Positions 15,747-26,263 of a stretch of DNA of 64,000 nt are shown here, piece by piece. Each line of letters starts with the position of its first letter. Positions within the stretch are counted from its first letter, which is position 1. A program made the translations under genes and the position numbers. Source of the stretch: Candidatus Hydrogenedentota bacterium. Lineage in GTDB: Bacteria; Hydrogenedentota; Hydrogenedentia; Hydrogenedentales; SLHB01. Under the pieces are notes generated by a model, which saw nothing but the letters and a program-made list of their open reading frames with translations, was not told the origin of the DNA and made no database searches. The stretch covers positions 104,671 through 168,670 of the forward strand of contig BTVY01000001.1 of assembly GCA_045863335.1 (NCBI GenBank), given 5' to 3'.

Positions 15747-17303
15747 ATGAACCGCCGGGAATTTATCAGGAGAGCGTCCATCGCGGGCCTTGGAGGGGCA
15801 ACGCTGCCCGCGTGGGGCGACGGGGCGTCGCGTCCGGCCAGCAGGGCTCTGAATGTGCTTTTCGTCATGGACGACCAGCATCGGGGGGACTGTCTGGGAT
15901 GCGAGGGCGCCAGTTGGATGCAGACGCCGAATCTGGATCGGTTGGCCCGGGAAGGCGTTCGCTTTCGCAGGGCCTACACGTCGCTGCCCTCCTGTCTTCC
16001 GGCGCGGGCCAGTCTCCTGACCGGGATGAGCCCCTGGGGTCACGGCGTGCTTCAGTACACCCCCATGGCCACCGGGTACCGTTTCGAGAAGCCGAGGATG
16101 TTTACCGAGGCGGGATACCGGACCCATGCGGTCGGCAAGATGCATTTCGACAGCCACGACCACGGGTACGAATCGATTGTTCTCGAAGAAGCATGGCGGG
16201 CGGTAACGCCGGAGGGGTTTAAATGCGATTACCGGAAGTGGTTTGAGGCCAATCATCCGGACAAGGACGTGGACAAGACGGGGCTAACCTATACGGATCA
16301 CCGCGGCGGACGGGCCTATCCCTACGACGAGGCGTTGCACCCCACCTACTGGACCGCACAACAGGCTATCGATTTTCTCGATGGATACGAAGGCGACAAG
16401 CCATGGTTTCTCAAGGTGTCGTTCCAACGGCCCCACCCGCCCTTCGACCCGCCAAAGCGGTTGATGGACTACTACCTTTCGCTGGACCTGCCGGCGGCGC
16501 AGGCCGGCAATTGGTCGGAGGGGCGTTATGGTTCCTTTACGGGAAGCATGGAGGAGACGCCGACCGCGCCACGCGGCAAGTATCCTGCATCAGAAATCCG
16601 CTCCGCGCGCGCGGCGTACTATGGCGCCATCACGTTTGTGGACGAGCAGATCGGCCGGGTGCTCCAGGCCCTGGAGCGGCGCGGCGAACTGGAGAACACG
16701 CTGGTCCTGTTTACCTCCGACCACGGCGATATGATGGGCGACCATCACCTTTGGCGAAAGTCATACGCCTATGAGGGGTCAGCGCGCGTCCCCATGATCG
16801 TACGCTGGCCGGAGTCACTTTCTTCGATGGCCGAAGCGCGCCGGGGCATTGTGTCCGGCCATCTGGTTGAACTTCGCGACGTCCTGCCAACCTTTCTCGA
16901 TGCTGCCGGTATCGAGCGCCCAGCTCATATGGAAGGCCGCAGCGTGTTGGACCTCGCCCGCGGCGACACAAAGAACTGGCGCGAAATTTTGGACTTGGAA
17001 CACGGACGCTGCTACTGGGACGAAAACGCCTGGGTCGCACTCACGGATGGGCGGCACAAGTATATTTATTTCACGACCACCGGCGAGCAACAACTCTTTG
17101 ACGTTGTAAACGATCCCTACGAACTCCGAAATCTGGCGAACGAGCCCGGGCACGCGCGCGCACTTGCCGAATGGCGCGCGCGCATGGTGGAACACCTCGC
17201 AATCCGTGGTGAACCGTGGGTTGAGGATGGCGATCTGGCCGTTCAACAGGAATCGGTGAAGTACGGACCCAACCATCCCTACGCGGGGGCGTCCCCGGCT
17301 TAG
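15747..17303 (+). CDS. Tat-exported sulfatase
   Basis: MNRREFI signal, DDQHR, CLPARASLLTG, GKMH, PHPP and SDHGDMMG. Confidence 0.93.
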   Translation: MNRREFIRRASIAGLGGATLPAWGDGASRPASRALNVLFVMDDQHRGDCLGCEGASWMQTPNLDRLAREGVRFRRAYTSLPSCLPARASLLTGMSPWGHGVLQYTPMATGYRFEKPRMFTEAGYRTHAVGKMHFDSHDHGYESIVLEEAWRAVTPEGFKCDYRKWFEANHPDKDVDKTGLTYTDHRGGRAYPYDEALHPTYWTAQQAIDFLDGYEGDKPWFLKVSFQRPHPPFDPPKRLMDYYLSLDLPAAQAGNWSEGRYGSFTGSMEETPTAPRGKYPASEIRSARAAYYGAITFVDEQIGRVLQALERRGELENTLVLFTSDHGDMMGDHHLWRKSYAYEGSARVPMIVRWPESLSSMAEARRGIVSGHLVELRDVLPTFLDAAGIERPAHMEGRSVLDLARGDTKNWREILDLEHGRCYWDENAWVALTDGRHKYIYFTTTGEQQLFDVVNDPYELRNLANEPGHARALAEWRARMVEHLAIRGEPWVEDGDLAVQQESVKYGPNHPYAGASPA

Positions 17304-17366
17304 GTATCGATTCTGCAGACAACGGATTGCATTCCGGAATCAAGGCTTATCTGAAGAACATCCCCC

Positions 17367-17523
17367 TGGTATCGGTATCGCTATCGCTATCGTGGAGAAT
17401 GGGCAGAAGAATCTCGTCTCGGCGGTACAGAAGGAAAATGGCAGCAATCCCGAGCTTTCCCGTGTCAATCGCCGCAACGCTTGTTTCGATAGCGATCCCG
17501 ATCCCGATCCCGATAGCGATTTT
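17367..17523. repeat. Inverted hexamer repeat arrays
   Basis: GGTATCGGTATCGCTATCGCTATCG ... CGATAGCGATCCCGATCCCGATCCCGATAGCGAT. Confidence 0.7.
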
Positions 17524-17646
17524 GGGTGTCGTTCGACGCATGTGTTCCTCCTTTTGTGTAGGTTGGCATCAAGCGTCTCACGTTGACTCCGGGGCGAGCA
17601 TGTGCGACGCTATCGATTCGACGAATCCGTTGGAGGGAGAGTTGCC

Positions 17647-18642
17647 ATGTTTCGCACGATTTTGACTTGCACCGTTCTAACTTCGCTGCTTCTGGTTGGC
17701 GCCGTTTCTGCCGTGGCCGAGCCGACATTCGACGAGGTATATCCCAAGAAAGCCGATCCGTTCCTTGGGAACTATGTGGGACGCTGGTCTGAGGCCGAGG
17801 AGGTGAACCCGGACATCGCTGCGCAAGTTTACCCGCTGGGCAACGATTCCTACCGCATTAGGATCGTGAACAAGCTCGACATGCGATGCCCGGTATTGCT
17901 GGATGTTGAAGTACAACCCAAGCGGGGCAAGCTCGAGTTCGACGTGGACGGCTTCACCGGGAAGACCGATGGAGAGACATTCACGGGAACGCGTGGCGAA
18001 CTGACCTACAGCATGCAGGAGTCCAACTTGACGTCTCCCACCATGCACGCGCGGCCACCGGAGGGCGGGGTCGTCCTCTTCGATGGCACGAACCTGGACG
18101 CGTGGACGGGGACAGAGGGGTGGCAGATCCTCGACGACGGCACGCTCCTCGTCACCCCCGAGGGTGATTACCTGGTCACGAAAGACACCTTCACTGACGT
18201 TCAACTGCACGTCGAGTTCCGGTTGCCGCTCTTGCCGCTGGCGCGCGGCCAGGGGCGCGGCAACAGCGGCGTGTTCCTGCAAGACGAGTACGAAGTACAG
18301 GTGCTCGATTCATTCGGACTGGACGGCTTGTACGACGAGTGCGGGGCGCTCTACAAGTTATCGGCGCCGCATGTGAATGCGTGCCGTCCCCCGCTCCAGT
18401 GGCAAACCTACGACATCTACTACCGCGCCGCCCGTTTCGATGCGTCGGGTAACTTGCAGGAGTACGGCCGCATCAGTGTGTTCCACAACGGCGTCCTCAT
18501 CCACAGCAATCAGGAACTCTCCTGGCGGACGGGCTGGAAAGAGGTCGACCGGCTCGTCCCGCCGCCGAGCGAACCGGGGCACATCAAGTTGCAGGGGCAC
18601 GACAATTTCGTGCAATACCGGAACATCTGGGTGGTGAAGTAA
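17647..18642 (+). CDS. Secreted DUF1080 (3-keto-disaccharide hydrolase-like) protein
   Basis: VLFDGTNLDAW, LHVEFR, RGNSGVFLQ..YEVQVLDS and IKLQGH..VQYRNIW. Confidence 0.9.
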   Translation: MFRTILTCTVLTSLLLVGAVSAVAEPTFDEVYPKKADPFLGNYVGRWSEAEEVNPDIAAQVYPLGNDSYRIRIVNKLDMRCPVLLDVEVQPKRGKLEFDVDGFTGKTDGETFTGTRGELTYSMQESNLTSPTMHARPPEGGVVLFDGTNLDAWTGTEGWQILDDGTLLVTPEGDYLVTKDTFTDVQLHVEFRLPLLPLARGQGRGNSGVFLQDEYEVQVLDSFGLDGLYDECGALYKLSAPHVNACRPPLQWQTYDIYYRAARFDASGNLQEYGRISVFHNGVLIHSNQELSWRTGWKEVDRLVPPPSEPGHIKLQGHDNFVQYRNIWVVK

Positions 18643-18727
18643 TTCTGAAGCGAACCGCGTTCTGTGTCCGCAACCAAATCCGGAAATCCGAACCAATCTC
18701 GGTGAGCAATCCGAGGCGACGAATGTT

Positions 18728-20473
18728 TCAATTCGTGTCGGTACTCGACTCCGGTAGCCGACGCCACCACGCATAGTAGAGAAACGCGCCCGTCGCAAGC
18801 ACCACGGCGGCAAGTGCCCCGGCTCGTCCCCAGTTGTGCAACACGATGTCCATTATGAGAACGTAGACCGCCACAAAGAATACCGTTGCGACAATGGCCA
18901 CGGGGATGTCGTAGCGATCGCTCGCGGGGCGGCTGGAATCTTCCCCACTTTTGCGGAGCATTGCGCGCACCGGCCCCCAGACTCCGAAAGGCCGGACTTT
19001 CCGGTAGAAGTCCTTGAGCGTCTCGTCCGGCGGCGGGCCAAACAGGTAGGCGCCGAGAACGGTCGTGACGAGACTAACCCCGGCCAGAACGGGGAAGTAC
19101 TGCAATTCCCGCCAGTCGGTGAAGACCTTGACGTATAGCGCGGCGGGGAGCGTGCAGGCTCCGCTCAAGACGACCGCCCAGCCGCCGATACGCCACCAGT
19201 AGGCCGCGAGCAGTCCCGGCGCGATGAGTGCGGCGCCGAGCGCGAAATTGATGGGGTTCCAGATTTTCGCGATGCTGTCCGTGTACATGCTGATGAGAAT
19301 GCCCAGTAAGACGACAACTGCCGTAGCGACGTAGCCGGTACGAACCAGGGCCCGAGGAGTCGCGGTCTTCCAGACCGGTTTGACGAGATCGTTGACGACG
19401 AAGGACGCCGCCACGTTCAGCGTTGAGTCGAAGGTCGACATGAAGGCGGCCAGCAGACCGGCGATCACAATGCCCTTGATTCCCACCGGCAGAACGCGGT
19501 TGATCATCATGGGCAGCACACTTTCGCTATCGACGGCCTCGCCTTGGCTGGCGAGAATGGAGAGACCGAAGGCCGTGAATCCCATGACCATCCCCCAGCG
19601 CACGCTGATCGCCAATCCCCACGCGAGTCCGATCTTGCTGGCTTCCGCCTCGTTGCGCGCCGCCCGGAAGCGCTGGAAGTCGGCGCCGCCGCCGGCCGCC
19701 GCCAATAGGGAGATCAGCCCGCGGCTAACCCAGAGGACGATGAGCAGCCCAAAGACATCGGGGTACCCATCGACCGGCGCTGGCAGGCGCATGACTGGTC
19801 GCAGACTAAACCAGTCCTCCCCCACGGTCTGCCGAAACGCCTCCGGGTCGATGCCGATGAACGCCACGACGGCGATGTACAGGGCGGCAAACGACAGCAG
19901 AATCGTTTGAATGAAGTCGCTGTAGACCACACTGAAGAACCCGCCGAGGAGCACATACAGCCCCGTAAATCCGAAGAGGATCGGAACCACGACGCTTCGG
20001 TCGAAGGGCAGGAACTCGGCAACGAACTTGCTCACACCGGTACCGGCGTACCCGAGCATCAATACGAGCATGATGAGTTGGGTAACGACGCTGACGAATC
20101 GGGCGGCTTGACCTGCGCGCCCTGTGCCATAGCGAAAGACCAGCCATTCCATGCCGGTAAGAACGCCACTTCGGTAGGCCCACTTCGCCTTGTACGCGAG
20201 GACGAAACCGGCAAAGGGAAAACACCAGAAGGCGTGTTGCCACATACCGCGCATGCCGAGGTCGTAGAAGACGGAAACCATCCACATCGTGCCGGCGATG
20301 TCGAAGTAAGTGCTGCTCCCGCTCAAGCCCAGCATCCACCAGGAGATGGTGCGGCCGCCAAGGAAGTAAGACTCCATATCCGTCTTCGCCCGGCGCTCCA
20401 TGTATGCGCCAATGACAAAGACGAGGAGAAGATACCCGGCAACGATTGCCGCGTCGATAAGACTCAGTGCCAC
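18728..20473 (-). CDS. Sodium:solute symporter family transporter
   Basis: YFLGGRTISWWMLGLSG, AGLLAAFMSTFDSTLN and 13 or more hydrophobic segments. GTG start inferred. Confidence 0.9.
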   Translation of the reverse strand: MALSLIDAAIVAGYLLLVFVIGAYMERRAKTDMESYFLGGRTISWWMLGLSGSSTYFDIAGTMWMVSVFYDLGMRGMWQHAFWCFPFAGFVLAYKAKWAYRSGVLTGMEWLVFRYGTGRAGQAARFVSVVTQLIMLVLMLGYAGTGVSKFVAEFLPFDRSVVVPILFGFTGLYVLLGGFFSVVYSDFIQTILLSFAALYIAVVAFIGIDPEAFRQTVGEDWFSLRPVMRLPAPVDGYPDVFGLLIVLWVSRGLISLLAAAGGGADFQRFRAARNEAEASKIGLAWGLAISVRWGMVMGFTAFGLSILASQGEAVDSESVLPMMINRVLPVGIKGIVIAGLLAAFMSTFDSTLNVAASFVVNDLVKPVWKTATPRALVRTGYVATAVVVLLGILISMYTDSIAKIWNPINFALGAALIAPGLLAAYWWRIGGWAVVLSGACTLPAALYVKVFTDWRELQYFPVLAGVSLVTTVLGAYLFGPPPDETLKDFYRKVRPFGVWGPVRAMLRKSGEDSSRPASDRYDIPVAIVATVFFVAVYVLIMDIVLHNWGRAGALAAVVLATGAFLYYAWWRRLPESSTDTN

Positions 20474-20576
20474 GGCCCGCCCCCCCCAAAGGATCGCTTC
20501 GAGGACTATATCGGCGGCAGCGAGGTCCTGTCCAGTTTGGGGATAATCCGGGGTGCAGGAAGGTAGGCCGAAGGGT

Positions 20577-20605
20577 TTGATAATGGTGCGGTAAGCATCT
20601 ATACT
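20577..20605 (+). promoter_or_regulatory. Sigma70 promoter for pdaD
   Basis: TTGATA, 17 nt, TATACT. Confidence 0.7.
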
Positions 20606-20716
20606 CTCGCAAAACCATAGGCGCCGGCGGATAAGCGATCCACCAGAATCCTGAATCGGGATTGCCTCGCGTGTGAGCAACCGTTGTCCTCAACCTGAAG
20701 GGGGTGTCGAACTAAA

Positions 20717-21289
20717 ATGAATCAGCGTATTACTGGCGACATGGTCCCGAAGCGCGCGTTTTTCGTCCGCGGAGTGGGCGTCCACAAGGAGAAGCTCGCT
20801 TCCTTTGAAAGCGCGTTGCGCGATGCCGGCATTGAAAAATTCAACCTGGTGTACGTCTCCAGTATTTTCCCTCCCAATTGCAAGATCGTTCCAAAACGCG
20901 TCGGCTTGAAATTTCTGGAGCCCGGCCAGATTGTGTTTTGCGTCATGTCGCGCGCGGAAACCTGCGAGCCGAACCGGCTCATTGCGGCGTCGGTTGGGTT
21001 GGCCGTACCGCAGAAGAAAGAGCAGCAGTACGGGTACATTTCAGAGCATCATGCGTACGGCCAGAAGAGCGCCATCGCCGGCGAGTACGCGGAAGATCTC
21101 GCCGCCACGATGCTCGCGACGACGTTAGACGTTGAGTTTGATCCCGACAAGGCTTGGGACGAGCGCAAGCAGATTTACAAGGCGAGCGGTCATATCTTCA
21201 AGACCCGAAACATCTGCCAATCCGCGGAAGGCAACAAAGACGGCCTTTGGACAACCGTTCTGACGGCGGTCGTATTCGTTTTGGAATAA
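20717..21289 (+). CDS. pdaD: Pyruvoyl-dependent arginine decarboxylase
   Basis: SFESALRDAGIEKFNLVYVSSIFPP (SS autocleavage site) and YGYISEHH. Confidence 0.92.
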   Translation: MNQRITGDMVPKRAFFVRGVGVHKEKLASFESALRDAGIEKFNLVYVSSIFPPNCKIVPKRVGLKFLEPGQIVFCVMSRAETCEPNRLIAASVGLAVPQKKEQQYGYISEHHAYGQKSAIAGEYAEDLAATMLATTLDVEFDPDKAWDERKQIYKASGHIFKTRNICQSAEGNKDGLWTTVLTAVVFVLE

Positions 21290-21470
21290 GGCGGGATTCG
21301 ACAACGCGGTAGTCGGCGTTTTCCCAGACCGTTGTGCCGTGACCAGCCTGCGGTCAGGTAGACCATTCCACACACAGCATCTTCGTTGGGTAAAGATGTA
21401 TGTCCAATATCGCTTTACCCCGAACTCCCAGAGACAAAAACTCGATTTACTCTATTGTCGGCGCAAAACA

Positions 21471-21499
21471 TTGACTTGACCGATGATCGGTGGTACTCT
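21471..21499 (+). promoter_or_regulatory. Sigma70 promoter of the che operon
   Basis: TTGACT, 17 nt, TACTCT with a TGn extension. Confidence 0.65.
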
Positions 21500-21652
21500 T
21501 CATGCGGACATTAAAGTCGAGATTCGCAGTAATCGCGCTATTTGCCACGCATCGCGGGAACGTACTGTAGAGGTTGGCGAACTCTGTGAAGTCTCTAATC
21601 TTATGTAGGCTTCACTCCGTGTAGTGGGTCCATACGACTGGGGGTAATCGAC

Positions 21653-24136
21653 GTGGGGACCGGAATGGGCGAGACGGATATTCTGTCTACTCTGAACGCG
21701 TTATCCGAGGGCGTGGTAATGGCAGACCCTTCGGATTTGCAGTCTTTTGCGACGCTACATACCCACCTGCAGGAGACGGGAAAGTGGGCCGAAGCCCAAG
21801 GCTTGGAAATTGCTCCCCGCCACATCGAACACGCTGCAAACCTGATCGAAGCGATCATCCTAAATGAAGTCCCCGATGCTGGCAATGCGCTCCAGACGGT
21901 AACGCGCACGATCGAGGCCCTGCAAGGGATCGCGCGAGATGGAAGGCTGGAGGTAGACGTGGCGTTCCCGGCGTTGCCGGGTGGCGAAGACGCATCTGGC
22001 GCCGGCGAACCTTCCGAGCCGTCTGCTTCGCCCGTAGGGTCCAGCAAGGCGGCGTCTGGTTCAGACGATGGCAGCGGGAAAATGAGGACCCTTGAGGGCG
22101 ATCCGGATTTGCTCGGGGAGTTCATTTCCGAGGCGCGGGAGCATTTGGAAAACGCGGACGTCAATCTGCTCACCATCGAATCGGATCCCCATGATGCTGA
22201 AGCGTTGAACGCCGTATTTCGCGCCTTTCACACCATCAAAGGCGTTGCGGGATTCCTCGCGCTGGACGATGTCCAAACCTTGGCCCATCAGGCAGAGAAC
22301 CTCCTGGATAAGGCGCGCAAACAGGAGCTGAATCTCGAAGGGGGCAATATCGACCTTACCTTCGATGCGGTTGATTTCATGAAGCGCTTGGTGGACCACG
22401 TATCTCATTCGCTCATGACAGGCGATCCCTTACCGGTCGAACCTGCGCTGCCCGGCCTGGTCGAACGGCTCGTGGCAGCGTCGAGCGGACAACACCTGCC
22501 GGAGTCCCCCACGCTGGTGGTCGCACCCGGAAAGCGAATTGGCGAAATCCTTGTGGAATCCGGTCTGGCCGATGAGTCCGCGGTGGAATCCGCGCTGGAT
22601 AGGCAGCAGTACCTTCAGGAGAGTCTGCTCCTGGGTGAGATCCTCATTCGTGACGCGGTCATCGGCCGGGCTCAGTTAGAGCAGGCGCTTGAGCATCAGG
22701 AACAGGAAGGATTCATTCGGCGGTTGGGCGCGATTCTCGTGGAGATGGGCGCCGCGCGGATGGAGGATATCGAGCGAGCGCTCCAGAAGCAGACGACTCC
22801 GTTGGAACCGCCGCTTGGGGAGATTCTCGTTCGATCCGGCGCGGTGGAGGCCAAGGATGCCGCGCTGGCGTTGCGCGCCCAGAAGCAGAAACAGCAGGGC
22901 GCCGCGGTTGACGTCAAAGAGGCCATCAAGGTCGACGCGGATCGCCTGGATCGGATGATCGACCTGATCGGGGAGTTGGTCATTGCGGAAGCCATGGTGT
23001 GCCAGACGGTGGAGATGACGCACACGGGCGACGCCCAACTGAACCGCCAGCTCAGCCAGCTCGACAAGATCACGCGCGAATTGCAGGAAATGGGGATGTC
23101 GCTGCGGATGGTGCCCGTTCGGGCCACCTTCCAGAAGATGGCCCGTCTGGTGCGCGACTTGGCCAAGAAATCCGGTAAGAGTATCGAGTTCACCATGGAA
23201 GGCGAAGACACCGAACTCGACAAGACGGTGGTGGACAAGATCGGCGATCCGCTGGTTCATATGATTCGGAATTCTTGCGACCACGGACTGGAAGCGACCG
23301 TTGACGAGCGGCGTCAGGCCGGGAAACCGGATGTAGGCCGGGTGACGCTCCGCGCGTTCCACAAGGGCGGGAGTATTTACATCGAGATCGAGGATGACGG
23401 CCGCGGTCTGAACCGGGACGCCATCCTGTCCAAAGCGCGCGAGCGGGGCCTCGTCCGGGAAGGGGAAAACCTCAGCGACCGCGAGGTTTGGAACCTGATA
23501 TTCGAACCGGGATTTTCCACGGCGAAAGTGGTCACGGACGTCTCGGGCCGGGGCGTGGGCATGGATGTGGTCCGCAGGAACATCGAGTCCCTCCGGGGGC
23601 AGGTTGAGATTCAGAGCGCGGCCGGGAAAGGGAGCACGTTCAGTATCCGGCTTCCGCTCACGCTTGCCATCATCGAGGGCATGGTCATTCGCGTCGGGAA
23701 AGAGCGCTATATCGTGCCGACGCTTTCGGTGGTGCGTTCGATACAGCCGGAGCCCGAGCAGGTGTCGACCGTGGCGGCGCGGGGTGAAGTGCTCGCGCTG
23801 CAAGGAGACCTGATCCCATTGGTCCGGGTCCACCAGTTGTTCAGCATTGCGGGAGCCAAGACCGATCCATCAGAGGCCCTGGTGATGATCGTCGAGAACG
23901 AAGGGCGAAAGGTTGGCTTGATCATCGATGAACTGCTGGGGCAACAGCAGATCGTCATCAAGTCCTTGGGGCAGGCCATGCAGAATATGCTGGGTATTGC
24001 CGGCGGCGCCATCATGTCCGACGGGACCGTCGGATTAATTCTCGACGTCGGTGGCATCGTGACCATTGCGAGTACGCAGAATGGAACACGACGCGAACCT
24101 GCGGAAGCGCTTGGCGAACATTTCAGCACAGCTTAG
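21653..24136 (+). CDS. cheA: Chemotaxis histidine kinase CheA with four MshEN-like motifs
   Basis: Hpt domain (FRAFHTIKG), IKVDADRLDRMIDLIGELV, HMIRNSCDHG, DDGRG, GFST...SGRGVGMDVV and a C-terminal CheW domain. Confidence 0.97.
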   Translation: MGTGMGETDILSTLNALSEGVVMADPSDLQSFATLHTHLQETGKWAEAQGLEIAPRHIEHAANLIEAIILNEVPDAGNALQTVTRTIEALQGIARDGRLEVDVAFPALPGGEDASGAGEPSEPSASPVGSSKAASGSDDGSGKMRTLEGDPDLLGEFISEAREHLENADVNLLTIESDPHDAEALNAVFRAFHTIKGVAGFLALDDVQTLAHQAENLLDKARKQELNLEGGNIDLTFDAVDFMKRLVDHVSHSLMTGDPLPVEPALPGLVERLVAASSGQHLPESPTLVVAPGKRIGEILVESGLADESAVESALDRQQYLQESLLLGEILIRDAVIGRAQLEQALEHQEQEGFIRRLGAILVEMGAARMEDIERALQKQTTPLEPPLGEILVRSGAVEAKDAALALRAQKQKQQGAAVDVKEAIKVDADRLDRMIDLIGELVIAEAMVCQTVEMTHTGDAQLNRQLSQLDKITRELQEMGMSLRMVPVRATFQKMARLVRDLAKKSGKSIEFTMEGEDTELDKTVVDKIGDPLVHMIRNSCDHGLEATVDERRQAGKPDVGRVTLRAFHKGGSIYIEIEDDGRGLNRDAILSKARERGLVREGENLSDREVWNLIFEPGFSTAKVVTDVSGRGVGMDVVRRNIESLRGQVEIQSAAGKGSTFSIRLPLTLAIIEGMVIRVGKERYIVPTLSVVRSIQPEPEQVSTVAARGEVLALQGDLIPLVRVHQLFSIAGAKTDPSEALVMIVENEGRKVGLIIDELLGQQQIVIKSLGQAMQNMLGIAGGAIMSDGTVGLILDVGGIVTIASTQNGTRREPAEALGEHFSTA

Positions 24137-24209
24137 TACTCGGCGAACGCGCGACGATCCTTCGCGGCGCAGATTGTGAAGTAGCCTTGAATCCTTGGGA
24201 GGCAGAGCG

Positions 24210-24737
24210 ATGACAGATAGTTCAGCGGTCACTGAAGATGCGGCGACCTCCGCGGCTCATGCCGGTGGGGCGGGACAGTACCTGACGTTTGCCCTGGGCA
24301 ACGAGGTTTACGGACTGGAAATCCTCAAGGTCCAGGAAATCATCGGTATGACGACGGTGACGAAGGTGCCGCGAACGCCGGAATTCCTTCGTGGCGTGAT
24401 TAACCTTCGCGGCAAGGTGATTCCCGTGGTCGATCTGCGCGCGAAATTTGGCATGGAAACGCAAGAAGACACGAACTTGACCTGCATCATCGTCGTACAG
24501 ATCGTCCGCGACGGCCAGCAGGTCATCATGGGCGTAATCGTCGATGAGGTTGCGGAGGTTGTTGATATCCGGTCCGAGCAGATCGAGCCTCCCCCTTCAC
24601 TGGGCGGAACCTCGCAAACCAAGTTCATCTCCGCGATGGGGAAAGTGGGCAACAAAGTCATAATTCTTTTGGATAGCGACAAGGTCCTGTCTTGGAGCGA
24701 GCTGGAAGAACTTGCGAAGGCGTCCGATTCGGCATGA
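24210..24737 (+). CDS. cheW: Chemotaxis coupling protein CheW
   Basis: YLTFALG..YGLEILKVQEI and GVINLRGKVIPVVDLR. Confidence 0.96.
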   Translation: MTDSSAVTEDAATSAAHAGGAGQYLTFALGNEVYGLEILKVQEIIGMTTVTKVPRTPEFLRGVINLRGKVIPVVDLRAKFGMETQEDTNLTCIIVVQIVRDGQQVIMGVIVDEVAEVVDIRSEQIEPPPSLGGTSQTKFISAMGKVGNKVIILLDSDKVLSWSELEELAKASDSA

Positions 24738-24825
24738 GGCCGGGTCGAACGGCGGCCGAAGCCATTTCGAGAAACGGGAACACGTGACCCCGTTCGAGGA
24801 GGATTCGTGGGGCGTGGTCTGACGT

Positions 24826-26196
24826 ATGACCGATGAGCGGGCGCTTAAGATCGACGTAAGCCCGGACCGTCTCGCTGCGGTCGCGGTATGTCGTACTGCA
24901 GATTTTGCGCCGGAGAATTTCGCCCGGGCCGTGCTCGAAGACGCGATGGCGTTGGGAATTGGCGAAGTGGTATCGCGGGAAGAGTTGATTGCGCGGTATT
25001 CGGAAGCGGCGAAACCGGAGAGCGAAGTCTTCGAGGTCACGATTGCGCAAGGGGCCCCGCCGCGCCCGCCCAAGGAAGCGGTGCTCGAGTGGGCGCAGGA
25101 TTTTTTCAGTCACCAGTTCGTGCAGGATGAGGTGACAGGGGCCGTCGACTATCGTCAGTACAAATCGAATCCATCCGTGGCCGAAGGGCAGCACCTGCTC
25201 AGGATCATCCCGGCGGAGCCCGGCGAAGACGGTAAAGATGTGTTTGGGAAGCGTATCCCCACACAGCGCCCGCGGCCGGTACGCCTTCGTGCAGGCAAGA
25301 ACGTCCGGTATGTTGACGAGACGAACAGCTATGAAGCGGAACGGAACGGCCGGATACGGCTGGTCGGCACGGTATTGTCGGTGGACGAGGTGTATACCGT
25401 ATCCGGGGACGTGGGGCTTGAAACGGGGAACATCGATCACCCCGGGGCGTTGGAAGTTCAAGGAAACATCGAGACGGATGCGCAGGTTCGATGTCTAGGG
25501 CACATTAAGGTAAGCGGATACATCGAGGCGGCAGACGTGGAAGCGGGTGGCGATCTTGAAGTGGCTTCCGGCTTGACGGGGTTGCGCAAGAATCCGATAC
25601 GGGCGGCCGGTTCGATTCGCTCGAAGTTCATTATTGATTCGCAGGTCATCGCCGGTGAAGACGTGTGGGTCGACCGGGAGATTGTCCATTCGGTGGTGAA
25701 TGCCGGCGCCCGCGTAGTGGCGACGGAAGGCAGGGTGGTAGGCGGCCGCGTGTATGGGAGAATGCTGATCGACGTGCGCGACGCGGGAAGCCCAGCAGTC
25801 GTGCCGACCCTGCTGAGCGCCGGCAAGACGGAGTTGGACGAAGACGAAGAGCTCGCCTTGGAGCGGCGTATCGACAAACTTCACAAGGAATCGGAGCGCA
25901 TCCACGAGGCTGTCGTTCCGCTGGCGCCGCACCTGGAGTCGCTTCCAGCCGAGAAGCGCGAGGCGGTGAGCAAACTCATGGAGATGGAACAGTCCATCAA
26001 GGAGGAGATGAGCCAGTTACGTCACGAGCTTGATGTGCGCAAATCGGCGCCGAGGCCGCTGATTACGGTTCGCGGAATTGTGTATCCTGAGACAACGATG
26101 TGCATCGATCAGATTCGTCTGGACATTCGGGAGGCTCTGACTGGTCCGCTGGTTGCGCGGAGAGTGGGAGATCGCGTTCGATTGGAGCAGGCATGA
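24826..26196 (+). CDS. FapA/DUF342-family protein
   Basis: VDYRQ, PGEDGKDVFG, VSGDVGLETGNID, beta-helix-like repeats, coiled coil and VYPET. Confidence 0.88.
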   Translation: MTDERALKIDVSPDRLAAVAVCRTADFAPENFARAVLEDAMALGIGEVVSREELIARYSEAAKPESEVFEVTIAQGAPPRPPKEAVLEWAQDFFSHQFVQDEVTGAVDYRQYKSNPSVAEGQHLLRIIPAEPGEDGKDVFGKRIPTQRPRPVRLRAGKNVRYVDETNSYEAERNGRIRLVGTVLSVDEVYTVSGDVGLETGNIDHPGALEVQGNIETDAQVRCLGHIKVSGYIEAADVEAGGDLEVASGLTGLRKNPIRAAGSIRSKFIIDSQVIAGEDVWVDREIVHSVVNAGARVVATEGRVVGGRVYGRMLIDVRDAGSPAVVPTLLSAGKTELDEDEELALERRIDKLHKESERIHEAVVPLAPHLESLPAEKREAVSKLMEMEQSIKEEMSQLRHELDVRKSAPRPLITVRGIVYPETTMCIDQIRLDIREALTGPLVARRVGDRVRLEQA

Positions 26197-26263
26197 GGGA
26201 CTGGCCCGCGACCTCGGCCCAATGCGATGCGATAGACCGCAAGTTATGTAGCGAGGAATTCTT

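Noticed and set aside
21500-21652. c-di-GMP riboswitch or sigma28 promoter before cheA
   Set aside because: There is no GEMM-like GNRA/receptor pattern, and TAAAGTCG is not followed by a GCCGATAA box at the right spacing.
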